Shown here: one piece after another, positions 42,136-54,380 of the stretch
Position numbering within the stretch: position 1 is the stretch's first letter
Layout: every line of letters begins with the position of its first letter
Assembly (NCBI GenBank): GCA_964016885.1
Contig: OZ024740.1
Span: forward strand, 202,678,001 to 202,742,000
Direction: 5' to 3'
Origin: Eledone cirrhosa
Lineage: Eukaryota
Length of the DNA: 64,000 bases
Notes under the pieces: model-generated
The model's database searches: none
Told to the model about the DNA's origin: nothing
Seen by the model: the letters and a program-made list of their open reading frames with translations, nothing else
Translations under genes and position numbers: made by a program

Positions 42136-42467
42136 GTAAGTAGAATATACCATTAGATCATCAACATCCTCTTCATCACCACCACCATCATCATCATTTT
42201 ACACCCATCTTTCCATACTTGCATGGGTTGGATGGGGCGTCTCCTCCCGTACAACTTCCACCCACTTGTTGTGATCCTTCATCATCCCTGTGAGGTTCAG
42301 CCATTTGAGATCAGCTCCCACCATTTCTGCCCAGGTCTTCCTCAGTCTTCCACTTCTGCAGCTTCCTCCTGCTGGAATAGAATCACCCAATGAGTATCAT
42401 CCACGTGTGTCACATGTCAATTTCAATACAATTTTCTCTCTTGCACACAATACTTGATTCCTCTTAA

Positions 42468-42881
42468 CTCTTTAGCATTTAAAATGGCCATATCCAGCCA
42501 GAATTCTCAAAGCTTTTTCTGTTCAAACCGGTTGTAACTGGCCACTCATACTGATGTTAAGGTATTGTTCTCAAAATAAATAACATCAAAATCTCATAGA
42601 TTCGATATTATGTGAGATAAAGCCTTTACCATGATAATACAATAAATACAACAGTATATATAATGTAAAGGGCGGTGGATTGGCAGTATCGGTAGAGGGT
42701 CGGACGCCATGCTTTCCAGCATAGTTACGTCCCTTTACGATCTTAGTTCAAATCCCGCCGAGGTTGACTTTGCCTTTCATCCTTACGGGGTCGATAAAAT
42801 AAAGTACCAGTAATGCACTGGGTAATTGCTGGCCTTGTGCCTAAAGTAGAAACAAGTATATATAATGTAAATACTAAAGGG
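42468..42881. mobile_element. Same piggyBac-type MITE family, containing a SINE (42670-42854)
   Basis: TTAA flanks, homologous to 25060-25280; SINE has the 17-bp TSD AGTATATATAATGTAAA. Confidence 0.78.
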
Positions 42882-43588
42882 TTAAGCCCAGTTTTTTCTC
42901 AGCTCGTCCATGCTTTGTCTTTCATACACGCTACCATTACACATCTATAGATGATTATCATACATTACACACACAGGTTACTTGATATCATTGTTGCTGT
43001 TGCCATACCATTCTATCATCTGGATGGTATCTTGAAGAAATACTATGTTATTTTCTGCATGGTATCATGTTATAAAAATTAGGTGGTGTTTGATGGTCTG
43101 ATACCATTGTAGAATGATTAATGGCATTGTAATGGAGTGGTATAGTGATGTGGTAATATTGGGATGGTGTTGTAGTGAAGTGGTAATATTGGGATGGTGT
43201 TGTAGTGGAGTGGTATGATGGTATGGTCATATTGTAGTGGAGTGGTGTGGTAGTGGTCATATTATAGTGGAGTGGTATAGTGGTATGGTCATATTGTAGT
43301 GAAGTCGTATGATGGTATGGTCATATTGTAGTGGTATGGTGGTCTGATCATATTTTAGTGAAGTGGTATGGTGGTGCAGTCACATGGTAGTGAAGTTGTA
43401 TGATGATCACATGGTAATAAAATGGTATGGTGGTCGCATGGTTGTGGGGTGGTATTGTAGCTCCACTCCAGAAGCCCTTACACACACTATGGCAAGCCCC
43501 CCACCACCATCGCCATCATCATATGTTTTCAATATATTCTTCTTCTCTTGTGTTTCTCCTCCTAACTGAGGTTAATGTTTCCTTTCAG

Positions 43589-43740
43589 CTACATGAACAG
43601 CCGTGGTATGTGTAAACGGCATACTGTTGCTATGGCGAGCCCCGTTCAAGAGATTCGTGATGACCTTCAAAAGAAACTGATTTTACATCCTGTCAGGACC
43701 ATTCGACGAAGTAGCCTACATCGGACTGAAACCACTCCAG
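43589..43740 (+). CDS. SIK3: SIK3-like exon (YMNSRGMCKRHTVAM...)
   Basis: CAG/GTAGGT boundaries, phase 2 to 1; KRHT.AM motif as in SIK3. Confidence 0.85.
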
Positions 43741-44331
43741 GTAGGTAGTTGGATCAGTCCATCAATATATGATTACAACTCTACCAAATATAAGCAAAAT
43801 CTTTGAGTACATGGAAGCTATGAAAAGATTCAACAAGAGAAACTTCTGTTTTACAGCTTCCCTTCTTTCCTATTTTCATTTTCTGAGGCATAATCTGCCT
43901 CCTCTTGCCCTTCAATATTTGTTATTTTATTTTTTACCCCTTTTTCTCTTTTTTATTTTTATTTTAGTTTTTAGTTGTTGTTTTTTTTTCTTGTTTTTTT
44001 TTCTTTTGTTTTTTTCTTTTGTATTGTCTCACGAGCTCTTTTTGATTACCAACTATAAGGAGTACTCAATGCTTCCCCTAGTCTGCCATGGCTTACTAGC
44101 TCTATATGGACATTTAAATTGAATAAATAAATAAATAAATATAAAAAGGCAACAACAAGCATTTTAAGGTCATTTTCCCTAAGAGTTATGAACCAATTAA
44201 CAAACGCACATATGCAACATTAGTTTCAGAATAATTAACTGCATCACATTAAATATTAAAGTGTTTAGTCTAATATTACAAATTTTCATAACAAACTAAT
44301 TTTTTTCATATCTTATGCTAAATCATTATAG

Positions 44332-44653
44332 CAGTGGTTCTCAGAAACCCAGGTCATATTCCTCCCATTACAATCTCGGGTTTCCTCAGTTCCTCTATAT
44401 TTTGAATTGCCATCAAGTACTTTTTCACCTGAGCACCATATTAACATGGGTAAGCTTTTCAAACCACAATAATCATATAGTCCCAAAGCAGTAGTCTTTT
44501 GTGAACTGTTAATTTGTGACTATTATAGTTTGGTATATTGATATTTCATTTGATGTATACAAAATGTACCTTATTCTTTCCAAATTTGGATTCTTCCTCA
44601 ATTCTTCCCTTGGCTAATATTCCTCTCCTGGGAGCTAAGTTTGAGAATCACTG
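44332..44653. mobile_element. hAT (Charlie-like) MITE
   Basis: TIRs CAGTGGTTCTCA / TGAGAATCACTG; 8-bp TSD CATTATAG/CATTACAG. Confidence 0.7.
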
Positions 44654-44729
44654 CATTACAGTATGTTAAGAGTGAACCCATTTGATGACTGATATTTATT
44701 TATTGTTGTTTGTTTGTATTCCTGTAAAG

Positions 44730-44923
44730 GGTGTGACCCTATGCTTCACTTCCCCAATGAACGATACTCACCTTTGCGCCGTGCCAGCGATGTTCTTGTT
44801 AGCCCCAACAAATGCCATCCCCACCTGGAAAAGTTGTACAATGCAGCAGTAACTATGGCTAACTCACCAATACAAGCACAAAATAGTTTGAAACAGTTAC
44901 AACAAGAATGCCAAGATTTACAG
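44730..44923 (+). CDS. SIK3: SIK3-like exon (LHFPNERYSPLRRASD...HLEK...LKQLQQECQDLQ)
   Basis: AAG/GTAAAT boundaries; resembles SIK3 ERFSPVRRFSD...KQLQQECEQLQ. Confidence 0.88.
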
Positions 44924-45695
44924 GTAAATATTTACTAGGATATATTCATACCTTTCCATCCCACACACATACTATTTAATAATTAATTAACAACTAAGAT
45001 TATTAATATAAATGTTATTATACATTATAGAGTACTAGTGTATAGCCGGTAGTTTTACAGGCAGAATAAGTAATTTTTGATTTCTTCACTGAACTTTAAC
45101 AAACCTATTTGTTCTAGTCCTGTAGAAGCCATTTCTATATTAAACATGATGTTTACACTTTACTAATGCATTGAGTATCTTATTTATTCTGGTTACCCTC
45201 GATTGAACCCAGGACTTATATATATATTGTTATACCTTGGCAGGGTTATGCTGCCAATAAAATACAAAAATGAAGTATATATATATATATGCAAATAAGC
45301 ATGTCCAGCAAGTGATCATCATGCAAAATTCTATATAGACTATACTCTATTCCATGCCAGTATGTTTTGAGTGAGTGTCATTGATGAAAGATTAACAAAT
45401 CTTGAAACAGCGCTGTCTGACATTCTCAAAACATACTCTGGCAACTCTGTGCAGCAAGGTTTACCATATGTTTATTGTATATAAACATATATATGTTTTC
45501 ATATACACCTCTATTATGCTTAAACGCTGTCTTAATGCTACTGCCAATTATATATATATACACATACACACACACACATATATATATAGTTGGTACAAAT
45601 GTCATTGCCATGTTGAAGAACTATATTCATCTCTAAGTCTGGTATATATATGTATGTATATATATATGTATATGTATATATGTATATCTATTTAT

Positions 45696-45727
<32 letters not shown>

Positions 45728-46049
45728 TTTACGTCCGCTTTTCCCTGCTTGCAAGGGTGGGACGGGAACTGATTCTGGCTTGAATTCTACAGCTGGATGC
45801 CCTTCCTAACACCAACCTCATTTACAGTGAGTGCTGGGTGCTTTTTTGCCGTGGCACCTCCACGACCACTTTGCAGTGGAACGATATGGACCCCAGTCCC
45901 TATCATCTCATTTCTACAGCTGAGTAAACTGGAGCAATGTGAAATAAAGTGTCTTGCTCAAGGAAACAACACATCACCCGGTCTGAGAATTGAACTCGCA
46001 ACCTTTCGATTGCAAGACCAATGCTCTAACCACTAAGCCATGTGCCTCC
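45696..46049 (-). mobile_element. SINE family A, full length
   Basis: Reverse complement of the family A consensus. Confidence 0.87.
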
Positions 46050-46142
46050 ACATATATATATGTATGTGTATATATATATGTATATTTATGTATATGTATA
46101 TATATGCTAGCGTGGAAGTCAGATGTTAAACGGTGATAATGA

Positions 46143-46180
<38 letters not shown>

Positions 46181-46368
46181 ATGGAGGAAATGTAGTAAGG
46201 AACCAGATGGACCATAACACACCAAAGTACTCAATACTTAGGGTAGTAGAGTGGGTAATAGTAACGAGTAGGACCCCGACGGCTGAGCTCAAGCCGTTTC
46301 GACGGCTAATTCTGGACTGAATTAGCCATCGAAACGGCTTGAGCTCAGCCGTCGGGGTCCTACTTGTT

Positions 46369-46412
<44 letters not shown>

Positions 46413-46832
46413 GGTTGGCATCAGTTTAGGGTAGAGAGGACTGTTCAGTTTGACCAAGCATATGACAACCTTTGTAGTGCTGGTGTCACAAAAACTGCAC
46501 ATAGTACACTCTGTAAGGTAGCAGTGATGGTCCCATTATAAACTGTACCTAATATACCTTTTTTAAAGTATTGGGTGTTGGAAAGGGCATCCAGCCATTA
46601 GAAACCATGCTAAATATGAAAGATATGAGCAAGATAAGGTCTCTCCAACCCAAGTCAGCATGTAAAGCAGATGTAAATTTGTTAATGATGATGATGATGT
46701 ATGAGTTTGATATTAGATGAGTTAATACCAGATACCCCAGCCCTCTCATTGTATCTATCTGTTTTAATACCAGATACCCCAGTCCTCTCATTGTATATGT
46801 CTGTATCTATCTGTTTTATGCATTAATTTCAG

Positions 46833-46922
46833 AAACAAGTGAGCAGTTGGGACTGTGATCGACAAGCTGAGTTACAGCAACAACAACACAAATTACATCT
46901 TCTACAGCAGCAATCAATTCAA
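46833..46922 (+). CDS. SIK3: SIK3-like Gln-rich exon (KQVSSWDCDRQAELQQQQHKLHLLQQQSIQ)
   Basis: CAG/GTAAGT boundaries, 90 bp, phase 0 to 0. Confidence 0.8.
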
Positions 46923-46944
46923 GTAAGTTACTCTATCTCCTTGG

Positions 46945-48135
46945 CTATGGAACAAATAAGAAGGAATGAAGGTGAACATGGGAAGACAAAGGTGATAACA
47001 AGTGGTAAAGTAATTGATGAGATGGACAAAATAAGAAGGTGGTCATGAGCAGTGTAGGGGTTGGAATGACTGCCATTAAATGTACAATATATGCTGGGTG
47101 GCTACATTGAAAATGTGGTGTGAAAGGATTATTATATTTATTATGTGGCAACTACATTTAAGTATAAAGTGTGTACAGAGGGAGCTATAGATGGAGAGGA
47201 TGTTGAACTGGATCTTAGGAATAGTGTGAAGACAGAAGATGTGAAAACATTTTACCTAGGAGACTGAATAAAGAGTGGGGATCAGTGGATGAGACTTTGT
47301 AACAATATGAAGAGTGAGATGAACATGAAAGAAATCCTGGACACTAAGTAGTGCACTAATGAGGTGGGGAGTGTTGCTGAAACAGAAGAGCGTTATGTTG
47401 CATGTGTGAGAAGTGTTGTTATTTGTGAGAGCATGGCATGGGTGATGAATATTGAGAAACAGGCTTGGAAGAATGGAAATGAGAATTGTCCAGTGGATGA
47501 ATGGGGTATAGCTGAGAGAGAGAGAGAGGAAGATAAACAATGAATTGCAAAGGATGATGGGAATTGAATCAGTGATGAATGTTGGGAAGAGAAATGTAAT
47601 TGTAATCATTCCAAAATTCTTCCTGCACACTGCTACCTTATTTTTTCCATCTCACCAATTGCTTTACCACTTGTCATCACCTTTATCTTTTCAATATTCA
47701 CCTTCATACCTTCATTCCTTCCACCCATTCATCTTCTCCTTCAGCCAATCAGTACTCTCTGCTATTAATACCAGGTCCCTGTATACAGCAACTCCCATGG
47801 TAAATCCTCCTTTACACATTAGGCCAGTACCTTCATCATAACTACAAATAGTAGTGGGCTTAATACTGATCTCCTGATGCACTCTAACCTTCACTTCAAA
47901 CTTGTCACTGTTTTCATCTGTTATCCTTAAGACAGTACACACTTTCTCATACATTGTTATTACTACTCTAATCAACCATTCATATGGAACCCTATCAAAA
48001 GCTTTCTCCAGGATCAACAAACCCCCCAAAATCATATTCTTCCTCTTGTCCTACTTCTGTAACTGTCTCAACATTTCATTAGTCAGTCTTCTTCCCTGTG
48101 CTAATCCAATCTGTATTTTATCAATCTTAACCTTT
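46945..48135. mobile_element. Old RTE fragments in opposite orientations
   Basis: Minus-strand LEKAFDRVP...FEVKVRVHQ; plus-strand RT C-terminal remnants. Confidence 0.6.
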
Positions 48136-48685
48136 TACCGTCATGTTCCAATAACTTAATTGCTCTATACAACATATTACCGTCATGTTCCAATAACTTA
48201 ATTGCTCTATACAACATATTACCGTCATGTTCCAATAACTTAATTACTCTTTACAGCATATTACTATTTGCTTCACAACCACATGATTTTCGTACAGGTG
48301 ACTTCCTCTATAGCCTTGAGTTGACATTTGCTTTGTGAGTGAAATTGGTGAACAGAACTGTGCAGAAGCTCATCTTATATATGTGTGTTTCTACTTCTGT
48401 CTTCATGTTGACATTTAATTATGTCCCAACACTTAAGATCTAAATAAATGCCATACTTACTCAACATTCTTACATCTAACCTCACTATTCTCTGCAGGTT
48501 TTCCTTAGTACACTCCTGCTAGAAATTACCAGGCCTTTCTCAAGTCACACACCAACTTTTTAGAAAAAGGACACATGTTAAAAATATTGACAGATGGACA
48601 AAAAGGCCTTACAGTTATTATAATATATATATATATGTTAGCGTGGAAGATAGACATTAAATGATGATGACCATCATATATATAT

Positions 48686-50473
48686 ATAATATAAGATCAA
48701 AAGATGGTTAAAGGAGTTCCATGTATTTTATTATGCGCATTTCAAAAACAAACATCATCATGCAATAATATTTGTGTTTTCATCAGATAAAACAGGAGAA
48801 CATGATATGAAGGCTAAAAAACACTTGTGGATAGTGCAGTTTTAAATCAACATATGAAAAGTGGTTTTAGATTGATGTGTGATATTGGGAAAAATATTTT
48901 ATTTAGAGAGGGGGGGGGGGGGTGGAAAGGATGAAAAGGGAAGGAGATGAGAGGGAGAGATGGGTGATAGAGAGAAAGAGATAGTTTTTATAACTGAGAG
49001 GAGATATATTGTTTTACATAGAGAGGTTGAAAACCGTTGGAAGATAATGTATAAATTAAAAATTTTGAAAATTAACGAAGGGAGGATATGTGCGAGGAAA
49101 AAATATTTTATTTAGGGGGGGGGGGGGGGGGGGGGATGAAAAAAAGGGGGAGGAGATGAGAGTGAAGGTGGAGAGGGAGAGATGGGTGATAGAGAGAAAG
49201 AGATAGTTTTTATAACTGAGAAAAAGATATATTGTTTTATATAGAGAGGTTGGGAACCGTTGGAAGATAATGTATAAATTAAAGGAATTTGAAAATTAAC
49301 GAAGGGAATTTATGTATGAAGATAGAGAGAAAAAATAATAATTGTGGATGAATATTCTAACGTCAAAAAAAGAAATGTATGTATTGTGGCAATTTCAAAA
49401 TTAACGAAGAGAAAAATGATTAAGGTTTGTGTGTAGAAGGATTGAGAAAAATAATGTGAAGTTAAAGTTTGTATATTGAAGGAATTGATAATATATGCGA
49501 ATAAAGAGTTAATATGTATTAATAATGAGTTCGTTGATGGGGAGAAAAAAATAATAAATTAAGGATGAAATTGAGATTAAAAAGATTTATGATAGAGAGA
49601 AAAAATAATAATGATTGCGGATGAATATTCTAACGTCAAAACAACAAATGTATATGTTATGAATTTTACAAGGTGAAGATAGAATGAGGGTAATGAGTAA
49701 ACAAGTATTATAGAGTGTATAATGCCCTTTAAAGTAAGGTAGATGGGTATATTTTAAAGAGGTGTATGTATATGTGCCTTTGAGAAAAGATTCTAAATTG
49801 ATAAAGAATTGAATATTAACTGTATACTTTGTGAAAAGTTCTATGGAATGTATGCAGGCAGATGGAAAACAAATCTGTACGTCTATTTATTATAGAATCT
49901 AGGTTAGAGATAATGGTAAATTTTTCATTTAGGCAGAGATTACAGATTTAGATAGAGAGCTGTTCAAGTATGAGGATGCAGAAGAAATCTTCTTCCAAAA
50001 GATGGTATATTTAATGTTTTTGTCTTTTAAAAGACAAAAACATTAAATATACCATCTATGTAAAACAATATATCTCCTCTCAGTTATAAAAACTATCTCT
50101 TTCTCTCTATCACCCATCTCTCCCTCTCATCTCCTTCCCTTTTCATCCTTTCCACCCCCCCCCCTCTCTAAATAAAATATTTTTCCCAATATCACACATC
50201 AATCTAAAACCACTTTTCATATGTTGATTTAAAACTGCACTATCCACAAGTGTTTTTTAGCCTTCATATCATGTTCTCCTGTTTTATCTGATGAAAACAC
50301 AAATATTATTGCATGATGATGTTTGTTTTTGAAATGCGCATAATAAAATACATGGAACTCCTTTAACCATCTTTTGATCTTATATTATGTATACTCCAGT
50401 CCTACAAACTGTAGAGTGCTTCTTATCCGATATCTGCATTGCTTTATTGTACTACAATAAAACTCACCTCCTA
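48686..50473 (-). mobile_element. PLE 3' fragment with an inverted pLTR (fold-back insertion)
   Basis: About 330-bp inverted repeat (48686-49020 vs 50058-50388); minus-strand remnant LKDKNIKYTIFWK...CNLCLNEK...INRRTDLFSICLH; hammerheads in both arms; (TA)n flanks. Confidence 0.8.
50282..50348 (+). ncRNA. Type I minimal hammerhead ribozyme (mirror copy about 48727-48793, minus strand)
   Basis: UUUUAU-CUGAUGA-stem II-GAAA-UGCGCA-UA-AUAAAA. Confidence 0.75.
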
Positions 50474-50474
50474 C

Positions 50475-50506
<32 letters not shown>

Positions 50507-50812
50507 TTGTATGTAAAAGGTAAACAGAAATAACAACACAATCGGTACAGTGTATGGAAGGGATATATTAGGTTAACGCTTGATATAGCAGGAAGAGGGT
50601 CTTAACGTTTCGGACGCTAGTCCTTCATTGGAAGAAAGAATGAGACAAGATAGATTGAGGGGACGGGTGGGTTGGAATTGAAAAAATGTTTTTATATAAA
50701 AATAACAGGTCCATTCATGGAGAGAGATTATAGTAGTACTCAGTGCCCATTAGTTGAATTTGTGTAATTTGAAATCAAAGACTGTTTCAACATGTATTCA
50801 TTTAATTTATTA

Positions 50813-50917
<105 letters not shown>

Positions 50918-51483
50918 CCATATATGATTTATTTGCAAATTCCTCACCCATGTTATACTTCTAATTGTTCAATGTTTAACATTTTCTCTCTCCTTTTCAG
51001 CAGAAGTTGTGAAATAAACTACACCACTCTACCTGTGTGTGTGTGTGTGTGTGTGTATCTTAATCTGTGTATGAGAGTGTGTGTGTGCATTTTAATCTCT
51101 GTATGTCTGTGTGTACATAAGTCTCTGTGTGTATGAGTGTGTACATGGGTCTATTTCTCTCTCTCTGTGTATGCATAGTCATTTATAATAATGAAATTAT
51201 TTGTATATATCTGTGTCTCTCTCTCTCACTCTCCATTAAACCCTAGAAACAATATGTAATAATGACGTCAAAAAATTTGAATATTTGTGGATGTGTTTCA
51301 TCAAAATAGCTATCAAAGTTTTATGACTATTACAAATACAACACCCACACACTTGTGGGGGTGTTGAGTTCATAACACACACACATATACACATAGATAT
51401 GTATATAATATATGTTTGTGTGTGTGTATCTATGTTTGTATGTTGGTGTATTTATTAATATATTTCTCTTTATTTAATTTCAG

Positions 51484-51858
51484 CAACAACAGATGCCTAG
51501 TCTTTCCCATTCTCCAGTGCCTTCCCCACCACTTCCCTCTCCAACCGCTGGTTCCGATGGTTTACCAGGAAACTTAAACAACCATTTCCAAAGACTGCAC
51601 TTACAACAGCACTGTGTTCCAACAGGTACAAGTGGTGTTGTATCCTACAGTTCAGGAACGCAATCCAACTACAACATGTTGATGAGGCCATTGACAACTA
51701 CGGACACTCTACCGACACAGTCATACTCTCCTCATTTAGTACAGAACCTGCAGCGGATACTTGAGGACACGACAGATACACAAACAGCAGCAGAAGAGAT
51801 GCAGATTCAAGAATCACAGGTAATGTCCCACCAAGAGTTGCGAGAGAGACAATATTCT
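51484..51858 (+). CDS. SIK3: SIK3-like Pro/Ser/Gln-rich exon, 3' end uncertain
   Basis: TTTCAG acceptor and an open frame running into the N gap; a possible donor CAG|GTAATG after 51819. Confidence 0.72.
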
Positions 51859-52058
51859 NNNNNNNNNNNNNNNNNNNNNNNNNNNNNNNNNNNNNNNNNN
51901 NNNNNNNNNNNNNNNNNNNNNNNNNNNNNNNNNNNNNNNNNNNNNNNNNNNNNNNNNNNNNNNNNNNNNNNNNNNNNNNNNNNNNNNNNNNNNNNNNNNN
52001 NNNNNNNNNNNNNNNNNNNNNNNNNNNNNNNNNNNNNNNNNNNNNNNNNNNNNNNNNN
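51859..52058. other. Assembly gap (200 N)
   Basis: Run of N. Confidence 1.
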
Positions 52059-53448
52059 GGCCTAGAATCAAAAGGCCTTAAAATTAACCTGGCTAAGACT
52101 AAAGTTCTAGTTTGTAGGAAGAAAATAAGGCGGCGGTCCCATCGGGGAAATGGCCATGCTCAGTGTGTAGGAAAGGCGTAGGTAGAAACTCCATTTTATG
52201 TCCCAAATGCAAAGTATGGGTGCATAAAAGATGTAGTGGGATCACAGGTAAGCTAACTAAGAACATAGATTTTACATGTGGCCGGTGCTCTGGTGCAATA
52301 AGTAGCAGCAAGTGCCCACAAAATACTAGCTCCTTCAACTGCGCAGAGGGTTCTATAGAAATAGTGGACAGCTTCCGTTATCTGGGTGACAAATCAGCAG
52401 TGGGGGAGGGTGCTCTGAAAGTACAGTAGCTAGAGTCAGAACTGGATGGAAAAAGTTCAGAGAGCTTATACCACTATTAGCCGCTAGAGGGTTCTCCCTA
52501 AAAATGAAAGGCAGGTTATACGATGCCTGCATACGAACAGCAATGCTGCATGGCAGTGAGACCTGGGCATTGTGTGCAGAGGATATACGCAGACTAGAGA
52601 GGCACGAAGCTTGCATGCTCCGCTGGATGTGCAATAGTAATATACGTGAACGGCAAAGCATAAACGAACTAAGGAAAAAATTAGAAATAAGAGGGATCAG
52701 ATGTTGTTTACTCGAGAGAAGGCTACGTTGGTACGGTCACGTGATGCGCATGAAAGACGACAGCTGTATAACAAAGTGCAGGGCAATAAAGATAGACGGT
52801 AGCCACGGAGTAGGCAGACCCAGAAAAACATGGACGAGCTGATAAATTCCGACCTCACACGCTTACACCTCTCCAAGACAATGTCACTGGACCGAGACCT
52901 TTGGCGGTACTCAGTAATAGAGAAGACCCGCCTTACCTAAATACAAAGTAAAAACCTACTACAGTCAGTAGCATCTCTATCAAAACACACCCCCGTCCCA
53001 CCACCCTCCACCCCACCCACACCGCCCCTTTCAATGTAAAGTTATGTTGGTCCCACAACATCCAGGCCGAAACAAATGAGATCGTGTAGGTGTCACGACA
53101 AAAAACACACAGTCCACGCTGTAAATGTGGCCGTGTAGGCAACACGGTAAAAACCTCCCAGCCCCACACTGTAAATGTGGTTGGTGTTAGGAAGGGCATC
53201 CAGCTGTAGAAAACCCGCCAGACAGTCCACGCTGTAATGTGGCCGTGTAGGCAACACGGTAAAAGCCTCCCAGCCCCACACTGTAAATGTGGTTGGTGTT
53301 AGGAAGGGCATCCAACTGTAGAAAGCCGCCAGACAGTCCTATGCGAGCAGGACAACCACTCTTGCCACAAGTGGGAAAACCCCCGTCCAAACCCATGCAA
53401 GCGTGGAACACGGACGCTAAACCTGATGATGATGATGATGATGATGAT
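52059..53448 (+). mobile_element. RTE LINE 3' part (related subfamily), duplicated segment in the 3'UTR, (GAT)n tail
   Basis: ORF fragments homologous to 61188-63260, with frameshifts. Confidence 0.92.

Positions 53449-54380
<932 letters not shown>

Noticed and set aside
50990-51035. Possible extra SIK3 exon after TTTTCAG
   Set aside because: No convincing donor or protein similarity; runs into (TG)n.
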